A DNA stretch of 59,812 bases, the filler included, from Trypethelium eluteriae (Eukaryota): the NCBI GenBank assembly GCA_051942245.1. It is 4 parts of 4 records of this genome, joined end to end, with 100 filler letters (N's around TTAATTAATTAA, not from the genome) between each part and the next. Parts side by side here need not be neighbours in the genome. Positions count along the whole stretch, not along the records: positions 15,017 to 29,921 come from JAVECL010000669.1; positions 30,022 to 44,903 come from JAVECL010000670.1; 2 more parts are not named here. One strand, written 5' to 3'. Positions within the stretch are counted from its first letter, which is position 1, and each line of letters starts with the position of its first letter. Both the position numbers and the translations under genes were made by a program. The notes below the pieces were generated by a model that was not told the DNA's origin, did not search any database, and saw only the letters and a program-made list of their open reading frames with translations. This document shows positions 28,189 to 37,567 of this stretch, piece after piece.

Positions 28189-29229
28189 ATGTCTGAAGAG
28201 ACGCTCTACCCAAAAATTTCCGGCAAACCCGCCGAGCTCGTCAAACGGCTTGGACAATTAGGCCTGGCTCCCGGGAAGGTGGAGCTCATCGGAACGGTCA
28301 AACTTCACGGAGCGCACGCCGATATTCTGGTTAACAGGAGTGATGAAGTCTGGCTACAATCTCGAAACGTATCATCACTCAATGCGAAAATTGACATCTA
28401 CGGCTTTGATCAGTTCATGAAACCATTGAAAAACGTAGTCCTCGATTTGAAAAGGCAATACATCGCTCGATATGGAGAGCTGAATCCGGAGACCACTATT
28501 GACGGTCGATATCCGCTTATCATCGCTGGTGAGTGGATTGGACATGGTATCCAAAACCGCGTAGCAATTAGCCAACTTGACAGACGCTTCGTGATCGTTT
28601 CCGTCTCCATTAACAATACCTGGCAACCGGATGAACATTACGCCAACATCTATGATGAAGCCGCTGGTATCTACAACATCTCTCGCGCTGGGTTCTATTA
28701 CCAAACCCTTTTTCTCAATCCGCCCGACAATGAATCCAAACCCGAACAAGATGCCTCTTTTGCCGCGATGCAAGTCCATACAGAAGAAATCGACAAGCAC
28801 TGTCCATTTGCTGCGACCTTCGGGCTATCCGGTGTCGGCGAAGGAATCGTTTGGAAGGTTCGCATGCCGCCACTCCATTCGAACCCGGAGACGTGGTTTA
28901 AAACCAAGGGACGCACGCATAATACGCCGACCGTCAAGATGTCCGCGCGCGGAATTACAGATGGAGCGTTGATCACAGAAAAAGCGGCTGCCTTTGCAGA
29001 GCAAGTTGTTACCCCTCGGAGGTTGCAGCAAGGTTTCGAGTACCTGAGGGAGATGTCGCTATCTGCGGACAAGTTCAACACGGGGGCATATATGAACTGG
29101 GTGCAACGTGACATCTTCGAAGAGGAGAAAATGGATATCCAGAACGCCGGGATTGATGAGAAGATTTTGAGTAAAGAGATTGGCAAAATTGCGAAGAGGC
29201 ATTTTGCAAAGAATCTAGTTGATGACTAG
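28189..29229 (+). CDS. Rnl2-family ATP-dependent RNA ligase (intronless, 346 aa)
   Basis: Nucleotidyltransferase motifs in order: I KLHG, Ia QSRN, III GEWIG, IIIa FVIV, IV GEGIVW, V FKTK. C-terminal VTPRRL and QRDIFEEE resemble the Rnl2 C-domain. Confidence 0.82.
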   Translation: MSEETLYPKISGKPAELVKRLGQLGLAPGKVELIGTVKLHGAHADILVNRSDEVWLQSRNVSSLNAKIDIYGFDQFMKPLKNVVLDLKRQYIARYGELNPETTIDGRYPLIIAGEWIGHGIQNRVAISQLDRRFVIVSVSINNTWQPDEHYANIYDEAAGIYNISRAGFYYQTLFLNPPDNESKPEQDASFAAMQVHTEEIDKHCPFAATFGLSGVGEGIVWKVRMPPLHSNPETWFKTKGRTHNTPTVKMSARGITDGALITEKAAAFAEQVVTPRRLQQGFEYLREMSLSADKFNTGAYMNWVQRDIFEEEKMDIQNAGIDEKILSKEIGKIAKRHFAKNLVDD

Positions 29230-29921
29230 ACCATCGAGTCTCGAGCTCTAACTTGCACGAGGCAGCATATCCTACCAGTCGGCAACTTCTCGATCTTTGA
29301 TACCTCTCATGAATTTATCCGTTTGTCTTACTCTGGCTGAGATACGACATTTGAGGTCTACAAGAATCACGACAGATACCTCTCGGTGTCTGTGGGTTGA
29401 ACACAGTCACGCTTCACTATTAAGGATACCCATCTGGATTTAGGTATCTCTGATGAAGTGGTTAATGGAAAACAGGAAGCCCTACTTGCTCATTGCAAAG
29501 CTCATACTGCTAATAGTTCGCGAACGTGGCAGGTGCAGCCCAATAAATAGTATTTACACAGTATTGTCGGTACTCAAATCAGAATTGTAAGCTTGAGCCA
29601 AATTGACGATAACATGACCATCCAGGTAAAGCTCCTTTCGCCTGCGCTCTTCCTTTACCAATACAGAATACCTCCCACAATCCACCTCTTCAGGAAATCG
29701 AAGATCAGTCAGCTGTATGAAGTTTATCCATCAGAAAGGTTGACGTAATGCCCGATGATGACCAAGATTTTCGCCACCAGCATATGTTCTTTTCCGCAGC
29801 TCTGGTAGCTCGGCGTTAACTTGCCCTTTTCTCTCCACCTTCTCCGAGCTGTCTTCCTCCTACCTCCTCACCTTCCGCCCTGCGGCACATACGCCATCCT
29901 CTCATTCACGACGTACGCCCC

Positions 29922-30021
29922 NNNNNNNNNNNNNNNNNNNNNNNNNNNNNNNNNNNNNNNNNNNNTTAATTAATTAANNNNNNNNNNNNNNNNNNNNNNN
30001 NNNNNNNNNNNNNNNNNNNNN
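29922..30021. other. Artificial contig spacer (44 N + TTAATTAATTAA + 44 N)
   Basis: Seen directly. Confidence 0.97.
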
Positions 30022-30240
30022 ATAGCGCATTCGATTTGTCTAGTTCTCTACTATCTATCTATCTAATTATCTAGTTTATTGAGCAGTTCGTTGTTGAATT
30101 ATAGCCTTATGAAGCTGTGGAGATGAAACGCGTCCCACCGTGCACGGAGGTGGATCGTGCACAGAGTGGTGCGGACTTCTATGGTCACGTGGTCCGTGCG
30201 TCGTGCCCCTCGTGCCTACCCTCAACATCTCCCCCTCCTC
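30022..30240 (-). mobile_element. Probable 3' end of an LTR retrotransposon: polypurine tract plus start of the 3' LTR, running into the gap
   Basis: The minus strand reads GAGGAGGGGGAGA (30240-30228) immediately followed by TGTTGAG (from 30227). TATAAT, AATAAA and a (TAGA)n tract follow. The contig breaks here, as is common at repeats. Confidence 0.55.
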
Positions 30241-30532
30241 GAAAACATCGTTGTCCTCAACGATAGGAAAAAACCCTGTGGGTAAGAAGACCTCCGTGAG
30301 AAACACCGTAATGATACCGTAGTCCGTCATGTCGCAACCTGAACGCCAGCAACCATGAACCCATGAAAGAAGCATCAGTGAACCATCAGTGAAGCAACAG
30401 CAATGAACCCATGAATAAACTTGTCTGTGAACCTTGAAATCATCCTTTGTTTGAGACACCATTTCGCGATTATCCTCCATGCATACCCATATGATCCATC
30501 ATGTCTTCAATCCTTCGTGTCCGTGGTTCTGT

Positions 30533-30694
30533 CTACCAAACGGGGTTGCCCTTGTCGTCCACAATCTTGCCCTCAGCATTGACTCTCTCGCCCTCAGCAT
30601 TGATTCTCACGCCTTCAGCATTGACTGTCTTGGTCTCTTGTGGAGCCTCAGTCTCTGTCTTGGTCTCTTGTGGCTCATGAGGAATCTCTGACAT
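30533..30694 (-). CDS. 53-aa repeat-built ORF (MSEIPHEPQETKTETEAPQETKTVNAEGVRINAEGERVNAEGKIVDDKGNPVW)
   Basis: ATG at 30694 to TAG at 30533. It is built from three 21-bp repeats and two 30-bp repeats that keep the frame. It is below the ORF-track length cutoff. Confidence 0.35.
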   Translation of the reverse strand: MSEIPHEPQETKTETEAPQETKTVNAEGVRINAEGERVNAEGKIVDDKGNPVW

Positions 30695-30781
30695 CAAGAG
30701 TACATGTTACCGTACCTAAATCCTTCCTCATTTTAATGAAAGAGCGGCCTTCTCGCAACGTACACATTTACTGTACCCCTG

Positions 30782-31309
30782 ATGACATCTGTCTTTTTGT
30801 GCCTTCCTCTTGAGCTAAGAGAGGTCATTTACTCGCATTGCTGTGACGGGAATGAAGCTGTGCTAGCATGGCACCAAAGCTTTATCCGAGGAGATTCGAC
30901 GCCAGATAATCCAGAGTACGAGAATCCACGACCTCGACTACATACGCCTCACATACTCCTACCCAATCATCAGATCACTTCAGAAGCCCGTCGGAGCATG
31001 AACCGGAGAAGTCTAATCCTAGAGTTGCCGAAAGGCTTCGATTTGATTACTACCTGCGACCAGGCGGCAAATTTCCTAGATAAATTCATCGGCAAACAGA
31101 ATTTGCCCTGCATCCCCAAACTCGAACTTAATCTTCATACGAGGGATCACTTCTATGAAGAGCCTATGGAGTCGATTCTCAGTTACTTAGGCTTCAGTCG
31201 TGCAAGCATGGAATATCTACACGTTATCGTCCATGAGAAGCTGAGGTCAGATAACTCTCGTAAGCCATGGCTATGGAGTAAAAGAAAATTGATTCAAGCG
31301 GTAAAGTGA
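30782..31309 (+). CDS. F-box-like hypothetical protein (probably continues past an intron; 3' part unclear)
   Basis: The N-terminal 'FLCLPLELREVIYSHC' and 'ILLPNHQITSEAR' pattern is typical of fungal F-box-like proteins. A GTAAAG donor lies at about 31301. Confidence 0.55.
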   Translation: MTSVFLCLPLELREVIYSHCCDGNEAVLAWHQSFIRGDSTPDNPEYENPRPRLHTPHILLPNHQITSEARRSMNRRSLILELPKGFDLITTCDQAANFLDKFIGKQNLPCIPKLELNLHTRDHFYEEPMESILSYLGFSRASMEYLHVIVHEKLRSDNSRKPWLWSKRKLIQAVK

Positions 31310-32969
31310 CTCCTGTTGAATTTTGAATCCTAAGAATTACCCGCCTCACAAGTAAACTAGGTATTACGCTCGAAGAAACTCCGGAGGCTCACAATTTCGA
31401 CACCAGACTTTGACGGAAAAAAAATATGGCTATGGCATCAGCTGGAAATCTGGCATGGTTTGAGGACATCATGCCAGCGAGAGCCATGCATTCGATAAGG
31501 TGATCCATACATGGGGATGTATGTGGATATGTATAGCCCAAGGAACAGCCGCAAGTTGGATGCAAAGGCGAATGCACCGCACATGCATGGGGGTTTCGAA
31601 CCAAATGATATTGATTCCTGGCGGTAAAATTTTGGTCGAGCCCGACACCTGAGTCAGGGTAACTGTATCTAGCCGCAAGTCTTATGGCCTATCGGGCAAG
31701 CATAAAGCTTATCGTATACGGTGAGGGTGGGCGGAGCAGAGCCAACGGGTACTCGAACGCAAGTAGAAATCCGGGTAACTTATTTTTCAAACTGCACAGT
31801 ACCTTATATCGCAACATTGCTAAGTAGACGCAGCTAGAGTGCTTCCGTTGTACCAGCTGTCTTTGGAAGAGCTAGTTGGAACCATGTATATCGTATAATT
31901 GGAGCATAGGTCAGTAGTGATAGACTCGGATTGCGCGCAAGGACTTACATAGAAGATGCTTTTGCATGCTGTGTATGATATAGCGATACACGTGTCATTG
32001 CTGCAATTCAAAACAATCGATTGGTCAAGGCATGCTCTTGGTATGCAATGCTCTCTATCGCAGTCTCATGTGTTCGAAAAGTAGAATGACACCGATCTTC
32101 CCTAGTGCGGAGCAATCATCGAAATCCTCCAGGGCTAGCGTCCGGAAGTATCATAAGACCCGAGAATGAGAACTGAGCCTCCTTCGGCAAAGGCTTTGGC
32201 CTGATTGGTCCACCTTTCAAGTTGTTGGAAATGTCTCGGCCTTGGCAACAGATTTCCGGATCGAGACGGTCCCCTGTATGAATAATACTTCAAGATCGTC
32301 TCACGGTCTCGCAAAGATATACTTAAATGTCCGATACGCAGCGATCCGCAGAGCCTCGACCGTCTGTGAAGATGAGGTGGGCTCCGAGGTAGGTAGTGCT
32401 GACTACCCTTAGTCAGCCAGCGCGATGGCGAAGGAAGGATTACGAGATCTACTCTAGTCCAAAACAGCCGTGCAGCCCCTGACTCCGACGCACACTCGTC
32501 GCTCGCGGTGAGAAATCGCAGCTCGCGACTTACTCATTCTCGACTTCACTACAGTCTACTGCGCACCTTAGATCTGCTGCACGCCATTGATGTAAAGCCC
32601 TGGGTGCAGGAACGGGTGCAATCATGATTAGATCGGGCGGCACAGATACTGAATCTCAACGGATCCCTCGCATGCCCAATACATTGCACACTTCTCTGTC
32701 GGCTTTCTGGTCGATTGCGTATGCAAGTATTTGTTCTGATGACTGTAGTGACCAATTCGTATTAAGTTGGCAGATAGCAGCGAATGCTGATAGTTGCACG
32801 AGAAAGAAGAAAGAGAGGGGAGCAATTCGCTGTAAGTCAATATGTCATTGTTCTATATCTGCCATACTGCCCACCGCCAGCGGTAGGAGAATCCTACAAT
32901 CGTATACATGAGAGAAGCGAGCGGTTTTCACTTTTAAGCATGTGGACCTGTGCGAATCTGAATCTGCCT

Positions 32970-33736
32970 TCACGATATACCGCCTTTTCCGGTTTCCAAA
33001 GCTTGTAACAAGAACTCCATGGCTGCGCCCTTGACATCTCCGACTGCGATTTCACCTCCCTGGCTCTGCCCGTTCTGGTTGCTCTTCTGGCCCTGACACT
33101 GCGAGCTTGTCAATAGGTCGTACGCTTGGGTGCACATCTCCTGGGTGAGCTTCGGCGGGTTCGAGCCGGTCGGTTGGATGGCGAAGTTGATGACGTCCGT
33201 CTTGCTGTTCTGTGGATCCTGCGCCTGCGGCGAGTTCTGCCAGATGGTCCACGCAGCGTTCGCGAGAGTGCCGGCCGAGAAGGAGGACAGGAACGAGTCG
33301 CAGGCCTTCGTCACGTAAGGCTGCGCGACACTGTCGGTGAACCATTGACCCTTGCCGAAGCATGCCGATGAGGAACCAGTGCCCAGAATTTGGCCGACAG
33401 AACTCCATTTCAGCTTACGAGGGTGGAGCTCGGCGCGCTTGGAGTGCACCTTGGCTTTGGCTGACTGGAATTGTGTGCCGCCCACCGTGACTACACGCCC
33501 GCCGTTGGTGTCTTGCCAAGTGATATTGCCCTGACTTTCCAGCACCTCAATGATTTCAGCAATGCTCACAAGATCCGGACCATCGAAGGTGCCATTGCCA
33601 TTGCGTGGAAGTACCGACGCCGAAGTGGTGGCGACGAGGCCAAGAGAAGTAACCAATGCAGGGATAAGGAGTTGGGAGACTACCTCACATTAGCACCAAT
33701 GCGGCTTCTGGGTTAATATTGATACTCACAATGCAT
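32970..33736 (-). CDS. Small secreted pre-pro-protein, candidate effector (about 238 aa, 4 Cys)
   Basis: Exon 1 is ATGCATT (33736-33730), the intron is GTGAGT..CTAAT..TAG (33729-33680). The protein starts MHFSQLLIPALVTSLGLVATTSASVLPR (signal peptide), has Kex2-like HSKR / LHPR sites, and ends in a Cys-containing domain with SQGGEI. Confidence 0.8.
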
Positions 33737-35112
33737 CTTTTCAAGCTCGTGAAGTTCGGTCCAAAAATTGCTGTCAAGTTTCGTCAAAGGAATGAGGTGG
33801 GCTAATTGCGCGAGTAATTAATATGTATGTAAATTATAGACGAGACCGGCTCGAAAGGTTGAATTGAAAGAAGAGATTGAGGCTGGTGGTTGGGATGCAG
33901 ATAGTGGAGAGCTGTATGCATTTATATATCTATTGATACAGAGCAAAGATGTTTAGAAACACTCGAAGACTTTCCCAGTTCATTCCTCAACCGGCCACTT
34001 CACCAGCAGCCAACACTCTCTGATGTCAAAGACGATGGATACAGAGGCTGTAGACCACCTTGCTGGTACTCGTGGCAGCACTATTACTCTGACGATGATG
34101 TGGATGTAGATCTGGAAATCACCTATACACTAATCTACACTACGACGATTATTCACAGCACCAAGGGCTAGAGTGCTTCTGACGCGGGTGGCGGGACAAA
34201 GATCCGACCGAAGCTCAGCTTGTCCACAATCCTTCAAGCCAAGATAGGCCTAAGGAGTCTTCCAATTGGCGACAAGGCTAATACGAGAGTCTTCGTTTAG
34301 CGATCCGCGCTTCTCGCTTCAAGCTCTAAATTCGGCCTGGCTTTCGTGGGGGCCATCTGATGTGGCCTCCCGTCTTCCAGACGACAGTCAGCAATCTAAT
34401 TCTAAGCGCAGTCTTATGTCAACGGAGGACTATCTTCGCAGCCTAAAGTGTCATTTTTCCCTCATGCATTCCAGTAGCGGAAAACGCGAATTTCCAAACG
34501 AACACATTTCATGTAGATTTAGAGTGACGGATCTACCTTTCGTTCTCGCTTATGCTAGTCTATTTAAGGAAGTGGCCTTATTTCTAATCATTCTAATCTC
34601 TTCAACTTGATTTTCTGTTCTGAGACAGCAAGATTCACTTACGTGTTCACCAAATCTATCTGTTGTCGGCGCATTCATGGTCGATCATTTTGATACTTCT
34701 GGCTTCTTGAAAATCGAAAATTACAAGTTGTACCATATCAGGCCCCAGTACTAAGGACGACATACAAGATACGAGGCTAAATAGACAGCTTCATGGCTTC
34801 ATCAGTACTTCTAAAACAAGAAATAGACGTCGTGGCCAATTGCCTTCTTGATCAGCTCGTCCTGTGTCTTTCTAAGAGTGACAAAGTGTCAAGGAGATCT
34901 TTTGATGAACATGACTCGAGGCGACTCAAAGACACGTCGGTCTCAATTCATCTTTGAAGACGTCTCTATTAAAAAGGCCCCCTTCGCGTTATATTGTTTG
35001 ACAAGATCCAAGTCCAATCGCATTTTCAAGACATATTGCTCGATCTTTCACGGAGCTGGTCTCTACTTCCCTGCATTACTTACAAGCTACTTAGTATTAA
35101 GCAGAATCAATC

Positions 35113-35823
35113 ATGTTGCTCTTGTCCATCACCGCTCTCCTTATCCCTTTTCTTACTCTCCCTGCCATGGCAGCCAACAAGGCATACACGTTTGATTGCT
35201 CCAAGCCCGCTCTTGTGGACATATGCAAATGTGATTGCTGGGCTAAGTACTGTGTTCGAGGTGAGATAGGAACCAATGCTGGAATGTTGACCTACAATGG
35301 GGGAGGGGGTAACTCCGACAACAACCGCGCCGTATCTGGCTACACTGTTCCTTCAGGCTTGGCGCACCCTTGCAAGGATAATGGGGCCTGGGCTATTGGC
35401 AGTGACACAACTTCAATCGAGGAATATCCCTTTGCTGCTTTCACACAAGGGGGCCAAGGTACTTGTCTTCGATGTGCCTCCGTAGCAGGTCAAAAATGTG
35501 AGTATGAGTTCCCAGTGCCCTACCACAGTCATATTGACTATGATACAGCACAAGGCGGCACGGTCACAACACAGGGGATGACGGCCAATGTTGACCAGGC
35601 CTCCGTGACGTTCACCAATTATGGAGGGTTGTATGTGAAACCCCATTTACCTCTGCATATCTATCAGCTAGGTAACAAAAGCCATCCTGCTAACTATTGG
35701 CACAGGGGTGTTGACTGGTGCAATGGGGCTGATAATGGACACTCTTCCTGCCAAAATGATGGCAAACAATTTTGGTTCACCGGCGGTCAATACGTGTTGG
35801 ATAGCCGAGGGACTGCCTATTAA
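35113..35823 (+). CDS. Secreted Cys-rich protein with a NucA/NucB-type deoxyribonuclease motif (about 194 aa after splicing)
   Basis: Signal peptide MLLLSITALLIPFLTLPAMAA and the motif 'NR...SIEEYPFAAFTQGGQGTCLRC......SQGG'. Introns 35498-35548 and 35631-35705 have GT..AG ends and branch-like sites. Confidence 0.75.
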   Translation: MLLLSITALLIPFLTLPAMAANKAYTFDCSKPALVDICKCDCWAKYCVRGEIGTNAGMLTYNGGGGNSDNNRAVSGYTVPSGLAHPCKDNGAWAIGSDTTSIEEYPFAAFTQGGQGTCLRCASVAGQKCEYEFPVPYHSHIDYDTAQGGTVTTQGMTANVDQASVTFTNYGGLYVKPHLPLHIYQLGNKSHPANYWHRGVDWCNGADNGHSSCQNDGKQFWFTGGQYVLDSRGTAY

Positions 35824-36341
35824 GGAGACCTGCGTGCAGTCCGGAAAGAGGTCGCAGTCTGTTTTTGGTATAAGAAAGAGGCGTCGTTAGAAGTGCAGAC
35901 TCATCGTTCTTTTGATAAATCCATGTAGCAGTATCTTCAATGTAACGATGAAAGGTTTTCCTTGCTGACAAATTACCGTTCGGCCATATGGATATCTAGA
36001 GTAGTGACTGTAGACTGGTTTTCAGAATAGAGCGACTCGCTAATAACCATGCTATCCACATTTTCAAAGCATCTTTTCGAGTCGGATCAACGTTGGATTT
36101 GGATCATGTTATATTCATTGGAAATGGGCGGAACTAACCGTCAGCTCATGATTTAAGTGTTACAAGATAGAGAGTGAAACAAAGATTGGTACCGAGACTG
36201 AACGCCAGCGTATCTCTCACACGTCTTAGCGACTTCAAGCAAATTGAAACTTCGAATAAATTTCAGAATACAGTCCAAAAGCTCCATACTCTCGCAGATT
36301 TTGACGTTGCCGTTGCAAAAACTGATTGACCGTTCAGAGCA

Positions 36342-37567
36342 TCAGTCGTCGGCCAACCCCCAGTTCACGCCATCAAACCTTGACGCCGACTCATCGGCAA
36401 TCAGATCCACATCCAAGTCTCCACTGTCGAGCGCCAAACAAGTACAGAAGGCTTCCAACAGAGGCACACGCGCCAGCGCCAGGCCCCCTTCGCTCGGCTT
36501 CCACCCGTCTCCTTTCCCATGCTCCTTCAGTCCTTCGGCGCATTCCTCTTCCAGGCGCGTTCCCTTTAAATCGCCAATGATGCAGCTCCGCTCTTTGGCA
36601 TCGGCACTAGCATTGTCCGCACTCGCGGTGTGCGAGTCCAGAATGATGAAGTGCGTGTGATGAAGGCCGTTCCCAGGGAAGTTCTGCCGAATAAAGGTGG
36701 CAAGAGCAGAAATGGGGACGCCAAGGAAAGGAAATGCAGCGGGCGAAGAGAGGGGAGATGTGGTGGGTTGAACTGGGGGAGTGATTGTTTGAGAGGATAC
36801 GAGAGTGAGGTGTGGACCCTCGGTTGATGACGCCATATCGCTAGAATATATCGAAGAGATGAACGTGTTGATGACTTCTAAGGGGATCTCTGCAATACAG
36901 AAGACGGGGAGAATCACGTGTTCGTCAGCAGTATTCCGGAGGGTGCTGTAGCGGCTCCACTCCTGGCTCCGCTGTTGCAAGCTCAAGAGCTCTGAGGATT
37001 TGGGCGGACCACGTTGGAACACAGGCGTAAACTCTGTGAGAGCGCCACCCGCAGCTGCAGCGTCATTTTGGAGCTGTTGCATGGTGGTCTTGCCGTCAAG
37101 CAGGGCTGCGAGAGCGACCAGCGAGGGACCAAACTGTGAGCGAGCGCTGGCGAAATGCGCATGGTAACGCCAGACAAGACGGCAGGTGGCGCGTCCCTTC
37201 TCAGTTTGGCCGTCAAGAATGACAAAAACTTCGTCCGTGATGTTTGAGTAGGATTTGATGGCGTCGAGCATCGCCCTAGGCCCACCTTCGGTAAAGATGC
37301 GTGGCTGGAGGTCCGCCACAGGAGCTTGGGAAGCGGATCCGGCTGAGCCTCCATTGTCAACAATGCGAAATTTGTATTCGCAGCCAATTTGCTCAGCCGT
37401 GCCATATGCTTTCGAGAGGAAGTCATTAACGACCTTGTTCTGTTAGTTTCCCTTGAAATGATTTTCCTAAAGGTGGACGGAAGGGTCCGGAAAACGTAGT
37501 GACTACTAACCTCGCTAGGGATGTTTACACCGAAGAAGACTGGGACAAGGGTTGCGTTAGAAGACAT
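36342..37567 (-). CDS. Hypothetical protein made of two tandem homologous domains
   Basis: Exon 1 MSSNATLVPVFFGVNIPSE (37567-37511), a GTTAGT..CTAAC..AG intron, then a long exon. The two halves align (see findings). Confidence 0.7.

Noticed and set aside
29868..29921. Minus-strand frame leaving the gap (GAYVVNERMAYVPQGGR*)
   Set aside because: It may be the tail of a gene lost in the gap, but it is too short to identify.
32398..32417. Small hairpin GCTGACTA-CCCT-TAGTCAGC and nearby short inverted words
   Set aside because: An 8-bp stem is expected by chance in 60 kb, and there is no ncRNA consensus.
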